A DNA stretch of 63,668 bases, the filler included, from an uncultured archaeon (lineage in GTDB: Archaea; Nanobdellota; Nanobdellia; Woesearchaeales; CAIVOO01): the NCBI GenBank assembly GCA_903842985.1. It is 8 parts of 8 records of this genome, joined end to end, with 100 filler letters (N's around TTAATTAATTAA, not from the genome) between each part and the next. Parts side by side here need not be neighbours in the genome. Positions count along the whole stretch, not along the records: positions 1 to 27,866 come from CAIMOB010000014.1; 7 more parts are not named here. One strand, given 5' to 3'. The stretch's first letter is position 1. Each line of letters opens with the position of its first letter. Of this stretch, positions 9,381-18,049 are shown piece after piece. Below the pieces are notes generated by a model, which made no database searches, was not told the origin of the DNA, and worked only from the letters and a program-made list of their open reading frames with translations. A program made the position numbers and the translations under genes.

Positions 9381-9601
9381 TTTATTTCCTTCATCTTTTC
9401 GAATATTGTAAGCATCTGGGTGATTGAGTTAAGCGTTGCCCTAAGCGCCACCGGGTCCTTAGCTTTTACTTTGAATGTGATTTTTCCCTTTGATTTCCTA
9501 ATTGTGTATTCAGAGCGGTCTTTTTTGATGAGTTCTGGCTTGAAGCATTTGTAAATCTTTTCAGCATCGCCGCCGACATCTATCGTTGCATCAAGCTTCA
9601 T
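9377..9601 (-). CDS. pcc1: KEOPS complex subunit Pcc1
   Basis: DRS...AKDPVALRATLNS; likely start MKLDA at 9601, since the upstream TTG extension comes from the repeat element. Confidence 0.88.
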   Translation of the reverse strand: MKLDATIDVGGDAEKIYKCFKPELIKKDRSEYTIRKSKGKITFKVKAKDPVALRATLNSITQMLTIFEKMKEIK

Positions 9602-9649
9602 TTTAACGAACTCGTGAGTTAAAATTTGCAAATCCGCTGATTTGCATTA
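9598..9649 (-). repeat. family-A junction element, copy A2 (rpoP/pcc1)
   Basis: TAATGCAAATCAGCGGATTTGCAAATTTTAACTCACGAGTTCGTTAAAATGA in mRNA sense. Confidence 0.88.
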
Positions 9650-9781
9650 TCTTGCCTTTATCTTTGTTGAAACTGCTCTAGGCTTGTAAAGTATCTTGTT
9701 GCCGCAGTAAGGGCATCTGATTTTCTTTCTTAAGTACTCATCGCTGACCTTTTTATCACAGTAAAAGCATTTGTATTCCAT
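9647..9781 (-). CDS. rpoP: RNA polymerase subunit P (Rpo12), not in the ORF track
   Basis: 44 aa MEYKCFYCDK...IRCPYCGNKILYKPR...KAR zinc ribbon; lies between rpl37ae and pcc1. Confidence 0.92.
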   Translation of the reverse strand: MEYKCFYCDKKVSDEYLRKKIRCPYCGNKILYKPRAVSTKIKAR

Positions 9782-9841
9782 TTTTTACGACCTCCATGAG
9801 TAAAAAATGCCAGCAAATCCATCAGATTTGCGCTGCATTTT
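9779..9841 (-). repeat. family-A junction element, copy A3 (rpl37ae/rpoP)
   Basis: AAAATG-CAGCGCAAATCTGATGGATTTGCTGG-CATTTTTTACTCATGGAGGTCGTAA-AAAATG in mRNA sense. Confidence 0.85.
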
Positions 9842-10139
9842 AGACTACCTCTTCAGATTTCTTGCTTTTCAGCACAACTGGCGTTTCTTTTTCCTCTGCA
9901 ACCGCTTTTGTTACTTTTTCCTCTAAGAAATATGCACCGCCTGCAAATTTTGCCCTGCATTTGCTGCACTGCCATATTCCTGCAGCAATTCTTTCAGCAG
10001 TTGGCTTCTTGCAGTAAGGGCATGTGTTCGGCATCTTCTGCTTCTGCTCGACTTTTGCAAGCTTATCCTTTATACGCTTGCCGTACCTTGGCCCGAATCT
10101 TTTTACAGAACCAAACTTCTTTTCAATGATTTCAGCCAT
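9840..10139 (-). CDS. rpl37ae: 50S ribosomal protein L37Ae (eL43)
   Basis: RFGPRYG, CPYC...GIWQCSKC..KFAGGAY. Confidence 0.95.
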   Translation of the reverse strand: MAEIIEKKFGSVKRFGPRYGKRIKDKLAKVEQKQKMPNTCPYCKKPTAERIAAGIWQCSKCRAKFAGGAYFLEEKVTKAVAEEKETPVVLKSKKSEEVV

Positions 10140-10260
10140 TATGCCCTCCAAAATATAAATCTGAATATCAGGATTAGGGGTTTATATTTAAAAGTTTCTA
10201 TTGTTTCCATATATGCTTAACCCTTAATATTTATAAATACCTTTGATTTTCAGTATACTT

Positions 10261-11352
10261 ATGGAACCTGAACACAGAAGAAAGCTGAAGAGAATAGTGG
10301 AAGAGCTTAAGCAATATAGAGGCAGGCATACTGAACTGGTTACTGTCTTTGTCCCGCAGGGATATGACATTGTAAAGGTTATAGGCCATCTTCAGCAGGA
10401 GCAGGGCACAGCAGAGAACATCAAGTCAGCTTCCACAAGAAAGAATGTAATTGCTGCGCTTGAAAGGATGATTCAGCATCTGAAGATTTACAAGAAAACA
10501 CCGCTGAATGGCTTGGCAGCTTTCTCTGGAAATATCTCTGATAAAGAAGGCCAGACAGATGTCCAGGTATGGTCAATTGAGCCGCCTATTCCGCTGAACA
10601 TACGAATCTATCGATGCGACAAAGAGTTTGTTCTCGCCCCGCTTGAAGAGATGCTTGAGCACAGAGAAACCTATGGTTTGGTTGTAATGGACAGGAGGGA
10701 AGGCGACATTGCACTGCTCAAGGGAAAGAAAATAGTTCCATTGGTTTCAACACATTCACATGTTCCTGGAAAGTTTAAAACAGGCGGCCAAAGCGCGCGC
10801 CGTTTCGAGGCGAACAGAGATTTGGCTGCAAAGGAATTTTACAGGAGGATAGCGGAATACATGAAAGAGCAGTTTCTTGGAATGAAAGAATTGAAAGGGA
10901 TAATTGTCGGCGGGCCGGGCCCGACAAAATTTGATTTCATAGAGAGCGGGCAGATAACAACCGAAGTCAAGAAAAAGATAATAGGCATAAAAGATTTGGG
11001 CTACACAGGCGAATTCGGACTGCAGGAGCTTGTGGAAAAAAGCCAGGACTTATTGGCTGCCGAGGAGATTTCAACTGAAAAGAAGCTTATGCAGAATTTT
11101 TTTGAACTGCTCGCAAAGAAGCCGGGAATGGTGACATACGGCCCGATAGAGGTTGAGAAGGATTTGGAGCAGGGCATTGTCGATAAAGTTTTGATTTCAG
11201 AGGATTTGTCGAACGAAGTGGCTGACAAATTTGAGGAGATTGCAGAGAGGAAGGGCTCAGCCATACATTTCATAAGCATAGATACAAGGGAAGGCGTCCA
11301 GCTTAGGGAGATGGGCGGGATTGCTGCTATTCTGAGGTATGAGGCGCATTGA
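10261..11352 (+). CDS. prf1: peptide chain release factor aRF1
   Basis: NIKS, YRCD, GGQS, GGIAAILRY motifs. Confidence 0.96.
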   Translation: MEPEHRRKLKRIVEELKQYRGRHTELVTVFVPQGYDIVKVIGHLQQEQGTAENIKSASTRKNVIAALERMIQHLKIYKKTPLNGLAAFSGNISDKEGQTDVQVWSIEPPIPLNIRIYRCDKEFVLAPLEEMLEHRETYGLVVMDRREGDIALLKGKKIVPLVSTHSHVPGKFKTGGQSARRFEANRDLAAKEFYRRIAEYMKEQFLGMKELKGIIVGGPGPTKFDFIESGQITTEVKKKIIGIKDLGYTGEFGLQELVEKSQDLLAAEEISTEKKLMQNFFELLAKKPGMVTYGPIEVEKDLEQGIVDKVLISEDLSNEVADKFEEIAERKGSAIHFISIDTREGVQLREMGGIAAILRYEAH

Positions 11353-11411
11353 TTTAAAATTAAACACACCTCTCCAAAAGGTATAAATAACAGGTCTCAT
11401 AAACAATAAAA

Positions 11412-12278
11412 ATGAATATCTCATTAGGAATTATTCTTGGTTTAATTGCAATGTTTGGATTTGGCATAGGCAACGCAATCATACAAGTGCCGGCAAGAGC
11501 TGTCGAAAATAGAAAAGTTATATTCTTTAGAACACTTTTTTCAACTCTGATGATATTCATAACATTGATATTCTTTTTACCAGAAACAACATTTTCATTA
11601 ACTTATATCTTAATTGCATTTGTTATCTCGTTTATCGGGTATATTCCGCTATTTACCTTCTACAAGGCATTAAAATCAGGAAAGGTGGGCATTATAACCA
11701 CAATCTCCTCTTCTTCGGTTATCTTTACTGTTCTGTTTTCAATTATTTTCTTCAAGGAATCATTAACCTTGCCTCAGGTATTTTCCATTGTTTTGATAAT
11801 CCTGGGAATTATGCTGATTTCAATAGATTTTAAAGATTTTAAAAATTCTTCTTTGTTCAGCCTGTCAAGTGGTGTACCTTTTGCCTTAATCACATGCTTG
11901 CTATGGGGGATTATGTATTTTCTAATGAAAATCCCTGTGAGTGTTCTAGGACCAATCCTGACGTCGCTTATCATAGAATCTGGTATTATGATTTTAAGCG
12001 GCATAAACCTTGCGATTTCAAAAACAGGCTTTAAAATTCATAAAAGAAAGATTTTATTTTATATATTTCTTTCGTCCCTTTTTGTATCAATCGGCAGCAT
12101 ATTCTTTAATTTGGGGATAAAATTATTTGATGTCAGCATTGTCGCAGCATTAACATTTTCAAGCCCATTGATAAGCACATTATATGGCAAATTTGTATAT
12201 AAAGAAAGGCTTCGCACATCGCAGTATCTTGCAATCTCCCTGATGATTATCGGAATAATTGTGATATCTTATTTTTAA
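11412..12278 (+). CDS. EamA/DMT family transporter
   Basis: About 10 TM helices in two EamA repeats (F-K-E...G). Confidence 0.85.
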   Translation: MNISLGIILGLIAMFGFGIGNAIIQVPARAVENRKVIFFRTLFSTLMIFITLIFFLPETTFSLTYILIAFVISFIGYIPLFTFYKALKSGKVGIITTISSSSVIFTVLFSIIFFKESLTLPQVFSIVLIILGIMLISIDFKDFKNSSLFSLSSGVPFALITCLLWGIMYFLMKIPVSVLGPILTSLIIESGIMILSGINLAISKTGFKIHKRKILFYIFLSSLFVSIGSIFFNLGIKLFDVSIVAALTFSSPLISTLYGKFVYKERLRTSQYLAISLMIIGIIVISYF

Positions 12279-12364
12279 GCGGATTTTAATTTAATATGTA
12301 ATATTAGCTTACTTATTTCCAATATTCAAAATAATTACCTTTATAAATAACCCCTCTCCCCAAA

Positions 12365-12406
12365 CATAAATCCGCTAACACTATCTATGATAGGAGGATA
12401 TTTATG
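12365..12406 (+). promoter_or_regulatory. candidate uL1-binding mRNA leader sequestering the rpl1 SD
   Basis: ATCC-GCTAACA-CTATC-TAT-GATAG-GA-GGAT hairpin with the asymmetric internal loop typical of L1 targets. Confidence 0.6.
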
Positions 12407-13057
12407 GATAAAGAACAAGTACTAAAGGCATTGAAGGAAATTAAGGCTGCTTCTAAGAAAAGGAATTTCAAGCAGACAGTTGACCTAATTATAAACCTAA
12501 AAGATCTTGATTTGAAGAAGCCTGAGCATCAGGTTGAGTTCTTTGCAACGCTTCGCCACGATGTCGGAAATAAGAGGAAAATCTGCGCATTGGTCGGGCC
12601 TGAACTGGCAGACGAGGCAAAAAAAGTCTGCGACGAGACAATCATGCAGGATGATTTTGACAAATACGCAAAGGACAAGAAGATTGCAAAAAAACTTGCA
12701 AGAACCCATGATTTCTTCATAGCGCAGGCAAACATAATGCCGAAGGTCGCAACAGCATTTGGAAAAGTGCTTGGCCCGAAGGGAAAGATGCCAAACCCAA
12801 AGGCAGGATGCGTTGTCCCGCCAAAGGCTGCATTAAAACCGCTTTATGACAAGCTTCAGCTGACGCAGAAAATCATAGCAAAGACGCAGCTAATAATCCA
12901 GTGCTGTGTTGGAAAAGAGGATTCAAAGGATGATGCTGTTGCTGAAAACATAATTGATGTAATCAATCAGCTTGAGGCAAAACTTATCCAGGGAAAGAAC
13001 AACTTGCATTCAATCTACATAAAGCTGACAATGGGCAAACCGGTGAAGCTACAATGA
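12404..13057 (+). CDS. rpl1: 50S ribosomal protein L1
   Basis: KRNFKQTVDLIINLK, LGPKGKMP motifs. Confidence 0.96.
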   Translation: MDKEQVLKALKEIKAASKKRNFKQTVDLIINLKDLDLKKPEHQVEFFATLRHDVGNKRKICALVGPELADEAKKVCDETIMQDDFDKYAKDKKIAKKLARTHDFFIAQANIMPKVATAFGKVLGPKGKMPNPKAGCVVPPKAALKPLYDKLQLTQKIIAKTQLIIQCCVGKEDSKDDAVAENIIDVINQLEAKLIQGKNNLHSIYIKLTMGKPVKLQ

Positions 13058-13836
13058 AACCAAAAGCGCACGTATCAGAAAAGAAGAAGAAGCAGACAAA
13101 AGAAATAGAGAAGCTTCTTATGGACTGGCCTGTAATAGCAATAGTAGACATGTCGGGCCTGCCGGGCGCTCAGCTCCAGAAGATAAGAAACAACACAAAG
13201 AATGATTTGAAGATTCTTGTGACAAAGAAGCGCCTGATGAAGCTTGCGATTGAGGCAATAAAAGAAAAGAAAAATAACATTTCTGAAATTGAGCAGTGCC
13301 TTACAGGAATTCCAGCATTGATATTCACAAAGCTAAATCCATTTAAGCTTTACCAGCTTATAATCAAAAATAAGTCATCTGCGTCAATCAAGCCGGGACA
13401 GCTTGCGCCGCATGACCTGATTATTCCTGCAGGGCCGACGCCGTTTACGCCGGGCCCAATGATTGGAGAGCTTACTTCAATGGGGATAAAGTCAGGAGTA
13501 GAAGGCGGGAAAATTGCAATAAAGCAGGATTTCACAGCTGCAAAGGCAGGCGAGCCAGTCAACATGAAAACGGCAAGCCTTCTCATGAAGCTTGGTGTTG
13601 AGCCGATTGAAATCGGGCTGAACCTGACAGCTGTTTATGAAGAAGGGATAATTTTCAAAAAAGATGTTTTGTCAATTGATATTAATTCAATGCTTTCAAA
13701 GGCAATATCCGAGGCAAGGGCATTGGCTTTGGAGCAGGGAATCATAACAAAAGAAATAATAGAGGAAATGATTTCAAGGGCAAATGCCTATGCATTGGCC
13801 TTGAAGACAGAGATTAATACGCAAAAAACTCCTTAG
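13054..13836 (+). CDS. rplP0: 50S ribosomal protein L10 / P0
   Basis: AGPTPFTPGP, LGVEPIEIGL; synteny; stop codon lies inside a family-B hairpin. Confidence 0.95.
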   Translation: MKPKAHVSEKKKKQTKEIEKLLMDWPVIAIVDMSGLPGAQLQKIRNNTKNDLKILVTKKRLMKLAIEAIKEKKNNISEIEQCLTGIPALIFTKLNPFKLYQLIIKNKSSASIKPGQLAPHDLIIPAGPTPFTPGPMIGELTSMGIKSGVEGGKIAIKQDFTAAKAGEPVNMKTASLLMKLGVEPIEIGLNLTAVYEEGIIFKKDVLSIDINSMLSKAISEARALALEQGIITKEIIEEMISRANAYALALKTEINTQKTP

Positions 13837-13871
13837 GAGTTTTTGCGCACAAAAATCCATAAGGATTTTTG
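13820..13871 (+). repeat. family-B double-hairpin element
   Basis: CGCAAAAAACTCC-TTA-GGAGTTTTTGCG followed by CAAAAATCC-ATAA-GGATTTTTG. Confidence 0.8.
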
Positions 13872-13891
13872 ATGTTTAGGAGGTAAACAAT

Positions 13892-14185
13892 ATGGAATAC
13901 GTCTATGCAGCAATGTTGCTTCACAAGGCGGGGAAAAAGATAGACGAGCCTTCTGTGAAGAAAGTGCTCGAGGCAGCAGGCATACATGTTGATGAGACAA
14001 GGATAAAAGCACTCGTTGCTTCCCTTGAAGGCGTCAACATAGACGAGGCTGTAAAGAAGGCAGCAGTTGCGCAGGTTGCAGCAGCTCCGGCAGCCAAGGA
14101 AGATAAGAAGCCTGAAGCTAAGAAGGAAGATGAAAAGAAATCAGCAGAAGAAGCAGCTGCAGGGCTAGGCTCCCTGTTTGGCTGA
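13892..14185 (+). CDS. rpl12p: 50S ribosomal stalk protein P1 (L12p)
   Basis: [11 protein letters not shown]...[10 protein letters not shown]. Confidence 0.97.
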   Translation: MEYVYAAMLLHKAGKKIDEPSVKKVLEAAGIHVDETRIKALVASLEGVNIDEAVKKAAVAQVAAAPAAKEDKKPEAKKEDEKKSAEEAAAGLGSLFG

Positions 14186-14197
14186 ATATTTTTTATG

Positions 14198-14258
14198 TCA
14201 GAAATGGGACGCCCATTTCTGAGCACCCTAAAAATCCATAAATGATTTTTATGGATTT
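14198..14258 (+). repeat. double-hairpin element related to family B
   Basis: TCAGAAATGGG-ACG-CCCATTTCTGA, GCAC linker, AAATCCATAAA-TGATT-TTTATGGATTT. Confidence 0.7.
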
Positions 14259-14272
14259 AACCCGTGAGATGA

Positions 14273-15124
14273 ATGAAGCAATTGCTGAAAAAGAGCAAGG
14301 AGATAAATCAGGAAATATCTGAGCTTAGAAAAGCGCTGAATAGTGTCAACGAGCAGAAGGAGAAATTCTTCAGGGAAAAGGAAACGCTGAGGGCTAACCT
14401 GACAAAGTTCATCGAAGAGTTGAAGACTTCTAAGGAATCTAGGGACAAATTAACTTCAAATGTAAAACAGATGAAGATTAAGAGAGAGGAGCTCAACAAG
14501 AAGATAAAGGAAAACATAGAGAAAATCAAGAAAATAAACGCCAGTCTCGACGAAATGAAGAAGAAGCAGGACGTTAAAAACCTTTCTTTCATAAAAAAGC
14601 AGGTTGAACAGCTTGAGAGAAAAATTGAGACAGAGGTTCATTCGATAGATAAAGAGAAGATATTAATGAAGGAGATAAACGAAAAGAAGAAAATCCTCAA
14701 GAATGCCAAGGGCATGGTTGATATGATAAATGAAAAACGGGCGCTTTCAAAAGACACAGACTTGCTTAAGAACGAGGCTGATGCCCTGCACAAGCAGCTT
14801 CAGGCAGATGCGAAGGAAAGCCAGCTTAACCATGAGAAAGTCATCAAGCTTTCAAAAGATCTTGATTCTTTAAGGGACAATCTCAACAAGATTTCTGAAG
14901 AGCACCAGAAGCAGAGAGACCTGATGGGTGATGTCAATTCAAAGCTGAAGGAAAAGCTATTTGAATTGAAGGACGTGTCTGAAAAGATAGACGGCGAAGA
15001 GCCTGCAAGAAAGCAGCCGTCAAGAAGCCTTCTCGATGAGAAGAAGAGGCTTGTTGAAGAGAAGATATCTAAGGGAGAGAAATTAACAACAGAAGATTTG
15101 CTTGTTATGCAGAGCGGGGAGTAA
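14273..15124 (+). CDS. archaeal long coiled-coil protein (COG1340-like)
   Basis: Heptad-rich; C-terminal KGEKLTTEDLL motif. Confidence 0.75.
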   Translation: MKQLLKKSKEINQEISELRKALNSVNEQKEKFFREKETLRANLTKFIEELKTSKESRDKLTSNVKQMKIKREELNKKIKENIEKIKKINASLDEMKKKQDVKNLSFIKKQVEQLERKIETEVHSIDKEKILMKEINEKKKILKNAKGMVDMINEKRALSKDTDLLKNEADALHKQLQADAKESQLNHEKVIKLSKDLDSLRDNLNKISEEHQKQRDLMGDVNSKLKEKLFELKDVSEKIDGEEPARKQPSRSLLDEKKRLVEEKISKGEKLTTEDLLVMQSGE

Positions 15125-15156
15125 AATTTAAATAGTTCTAAATAAATAACTTGTTT

Positions 15157-15570
15157 ATGTCTGATGAATCATCCATTGACAATCTTATTGAAGATAATTT
15201 ACCAAAATCCATAACTCCTGAAAAAGGTGTGTTTAAAAAATTAATAAGTGATTATGGAGATCTTGTTTTAGCAATGGGTTGTGGTGCGGCTGTAGGCTAT
15301 CCCTATGTGTTGTTTGAAAACTTGTCGGAATTAGGCGTTGCGATATGGGAGTACTCAGCCATGGTTGCGCCGCTTGTTGCTCTTTTAGGTCCTAAAGACC
15401 AAAAAAAAGGCCTCAGGAATAGTTTTGCTTATTTTACTGGACTAAGCTACGCTTTAGGGAGTCACTGCGGCCCTGAATTTCAAGAATCAGTAACTTCAAT
15501 ATTTGCTTCAATAACCCTTCTTCTTGAATATGGCAGATTAAAACAAAATAAAGAAGAAGTTAAAGTATAA
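15157..15570 (+). CDS. hypothetical membrane protein
   Basis: ORF with hydrophobic segments; TATA-like TTTAAATA upstream. Confidence 0.55.
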   Translation: MSDESSIDNLIEDNLPKSITPEKGVFKKLISDYGDLVLAMGCGAAVGYPYVLFENLSELGVAIWEYSAMVAPLVALLGPKDQKKGLRNSFAYFTGLSYALGSHCGPEFQESVTSIFASITLLLEYGRLKQNKEEVKV

Positions 15571-15572
15571 TC

Positions 15573-15788
15573 CTATCTTTTCTTCATCTCAGTGTACCCG
15601 CACTTTCCGCAGTATACCCTGTCCTTGTGTTCTGCCAGGAATGTTCCGTCGCCGCATTTTGGGCAGAATTTTGATTTTCTTGATATCTTTCCTTCTTTTA
15701 TTTCATAGAATTTGTTAAGCTTGTACTGCTTCTTCGGCTTTCTCTTCATCTTTCCCTTTCGTTCCTTTGGTTTTCTTTTCTTGCCCAT
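15573..15788 (-). CDS. rps27ae: 30S ribosomal protein S27ae (eS31)
   Basis: [23 protein letters not shown]. Confidence 0.95.
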   Translation of the reverse strand: MGKKRKPKERKGKMKRKPKKQYKLNKFYEIKEGKISRKSKFCPKCGDGTFLAEHKDRVYCGKCGYTEMKKR

Positions 15789-15790
15789 TC

Positions 15791-16270
15791 TTAGTTACCT
15801 TCCTTTGATTTTGCTTCTTTTTTCGGCTTCTCTGCCTTTGGTTTAGGAGCATCAGTTTTCGCTTCTGCTGGTTTTTTCTCAGTTTTCACTTCAGCAGGCT
15901 TTTCTTCGGCCTTTTTCTCCTCTTTTGCTTCAGTCTTGGCTTCTTCCTTAGGCGCCTCTGGCTGAGTTTCTGCGCCTTCTGCAGGCTTCTTCTCTTCTTT
16001 AACATGCTTCTTGATCATTACTTTCTCTTCAAAGCTATTAAGCTCATCCTCATTCTTGTAGACATTCGCAATTATCTTTGCGCCTGCTTTTCCGAATTTA
16101 GTGTAAATGTGCTTAATTATGATTAATTTTTCTTCCTTGCTGAGCTGCTTTGAGATATCCTTTCTTAGGGACTCCCTTGACGGAGTCGGACCCTGGAAGT
16201 CTGCCAGCAGCGTGACTCTTGTCCTCGACAGCAACGGCACTTCCTTTGTTTCCTTGATTTCAAGCTTCAT
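15791..16270 (-). CDS. rps24e: 30S ribosomal protein S24e with long charged tail
   Basis: PLLSR...TPSR...TKFG...VY; synteny. Confidence 0.92.
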   Translation of the reverse strand: MKLEIKETKEVPLLSRTRVTLLADFQGPTPSRESLRKDISKQLSKEEKLIIIKHIYTKFGKAGAKIIANVYKNEDELNSFEEKVMIKKHVKEEKKPAEGAETQPEAPKEEAKTEAKEEKKAEEKPAEVKTEKKPAEAKTDAPKPKAEKPKKEAKSKEGN

Positions 16271-16274
16271 AGAA

Positions 16275-16460
16275 TCACCTTACTTTTATTGCAAACTCCC
16301 CTTCTGTTTTGAATCCTGCCTTCTTTGCTATGAATGACTTTTTTGCGTCCAGGATAGCAACCCTGCCTTTCCAGTTTGCAACCAGGTCAGTGCTCTTGCA
16401 TATTGGGCATTCATTTGCTTCTGTCAGAATCTTGCAGTTCTTGCATGCTCTCTTTTTCAT
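16275..16460 (-). CDS. spt4: transcription elongation factor Spt4 (RpoE'')
   Basis: ACKNC...CPIC...WKG...S.IAKK...G.FAIKVR. Confidence 0.95.
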   Translation of the reverse strand: MKKRACKNCKILTEANECPICKSTDLVANWKGRVAILDAKKSFIAKKAGFKTEGEFAIKVR

Positions 16461-16513
16461 TTTAACGAACCTCGTGAGTTAAAATGCTGCAAATCGCAGA
16501 TTTGCATCATTTT
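16457..16513 (-). repeat. family-A junction element, copy A4 (rpoE1/spt4)
   Basis: AAAATGA-TGCAAATCTGCGATTTGCAG-CATTTTAACTCACGAGGTTCGTT-AAAATGA; 31 contiguous nt identical to A1. Confidence 0.92.
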
Positions 16514-17103
16514 TTCTCCTTATCCTTGCCTTTCTTTGCCGGTTTTTTCTCCAGTTTCTTTTCCTCTTTTTGGAAATCCTCGGCAATCCACTCAATTTTT
16601 CCCAGGCCAGGCTGTCTCATTGTAAGATTTATTTTTGGGCTTGCCGGGTCTTTCATGCTGATTGCAACAACCCTTGCCTTGCACAAGTCCCCAATCTTTA
16701 ACGTCCTTTTTGTCTCCCTTCCAACAAGAACCTTGTCCTTGCTGAAACTTACATAATCATCCATTGACTGGCTCACGTGAACCATGGCTTCAATCGGCCC
16801 AATTGTCATGAATGCGCCGAAATCAGCAATATCTTTTATCTTTCCGTAGATAACTTCGTGCAGTTCCGGCTTGTAAACCAGAAGCTCGAAATCAGTATCA
16901 TAAAAATACGAGCCGTCGCCAGGGAGTATCGAACCTTCGCCGACCTCCTTGACATTCAGAACATCTATCACAATGCCAAGCTCCTGCGAGACATGACCTT
17001 CAAATTTTTCCCTTATCTTCTTCGCAACTGCCTCTTCAATAGGCAGGGCAAATAATTCAGGAGTCACCCTTATGTGGTCTTTTACTTCTGTTTTGTAAAA
17101 CAT
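16507..17103 (-). CDS. rpoE1: RNA polymerase subunit E' (Rpo7)
   Basis: ILPGDG, S1 domain, LTMRQPGLGK.EW. Confidence 0.95.
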   Translation of the reverse strand: MFYKTEVKDHIRVTPELFALPIEEAVAKKIREKFEGHVSQELGIVIDVLNVKEVGEGSILPGDGSYFYDTDFELLVYKPELHEVIYGKIKDIADFGAFMTIGPIEAMVHVSQSMDDYVSFSKDKVLVGRETKRTLKIGDLCKARVVAISMKDPASPKINLTMRQPGLGKIEWIAEDFQKEEKKLEKKPAKKGKDKEKK

Positions 17104-17471
17104 TATATCAGCCTCAAATGCTTTTTTCCAACCATAACAATGCGCCTTGCTCCAAGCTTTCTTTTGAGCTCAGCGTCCTGGGTCGCGATTATACAGCCTT
17201 TTAGGCTTATAAGCGATTCGTCAACCCCTATTCCGGCTGGAGTTGGAAGGATTTTTAAACCTTTCCTTTTTAAGAGCTGAAGAGCCAGCTTTGCAGCTGC
17301 CTTATCCTTTCCTTTCTGCTTTTTAACAATGCTTTTAAGTTCATCTATGGTTTTATCCACTACGCAAAGCTGGTATTCGAAGTTGCATATTCTGTCTATT
17401 TCAGTGAAAATATCCAGCTTAAACTGCCCAGGTATGAGCAGGAAGTTCGTGTCCAATACTATCTTTTGCAT
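17103..17471 (-). CDS. PIN-domain nuclease (Fcf1/Utp24-like)
   Basis: VLDTNFL...EL...VD...ATQD.EL. Confidence 0.88.
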   Translation of the reverse strand: MQKIVLDTNFLLIPGQFKLDIFTEIDRICNFEYQLCVVDKTIDELKSIVKKQKGKDKAAAKLALQLLKRKGLKILPTPAGIGVDESLISLKGCIIATQDAELKRKLGARRIVMVGKKHLRLI

Positions 17472-17578
17472 ATCTTAAAAAGAATATATGGAGTTTAAAA
17501 AGGTTTTTGTTATGCAGTTTAGTCTGATTGTAGTGACGAACAGAAGGTTTAAATATTTTATTGCCTGTTTGTTAGGGC

Positions 17579-18046
17579 ATGGTCGAAAAGACAAAGAACC
17601 CTAAAGTTGCCAATTTAGCTTCAGATTTAGAAAAATTAACAAAACATCTTGTAGAGAGAGCAGATGACGCCTGCGATTTTGAAGATGTTCTAAACAAAGC
17701 AATACATTCATTGTTTCTGGCACAGCCAAGCGGCAAAAAGAATTATGAGTGTGATAAACTAAAAATTGGGCGGGTATTTTTGGAGAATGATTCTGTGGTT
17801 GGAGCTGTAAAAATTGAATATAAACCATCAATAAAAATTGGCAATGACATGTATCTTGCTAATGATTCAATTACAATTGGAGCAATAGATATAAGGAAAA
17901 GAACTTATTCACTAGAACAGGATATTAAAAAATATGACAAATCATTTCGCTTGCATCATAATATACCCTTGCATCATAAAATACCTATTGTCTTGAGAGA
18001 CACAGAAATGGTAATGAAAAGCTTAGGATTGACTAGTGAAAGATAA
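17579..18046 (+). CDS. hypothetical protein
   Basis: 155-aa ORF preceded by BRE/TATA-like GAAGGTTTAAATA. Confidence 0.6.
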   Translation: MVEKTKNPKVANLASDLEKLTKHLVERADDACDFEDVLNKAIHSLFLAQPSGKKNYECDKLKIGRVFLENDSVVGAVKIEYKPSIKIGNDMYLANDSITIGAIDIRKRTYSLEQDIKKYDKSFRLHHNIPLHHKIPIVLRDTEMVMKSLGLTSER

Positions 18047-18049
18047 TAC

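Noticed and set aside
12430..12472. Methanococcus-type L1 site inside the rpl1 coding region (TTGAAGGA...AGGAATTTCAA)
   Set aside because: Inner helix does not pair; resemblance is explained by conserved protein sequence
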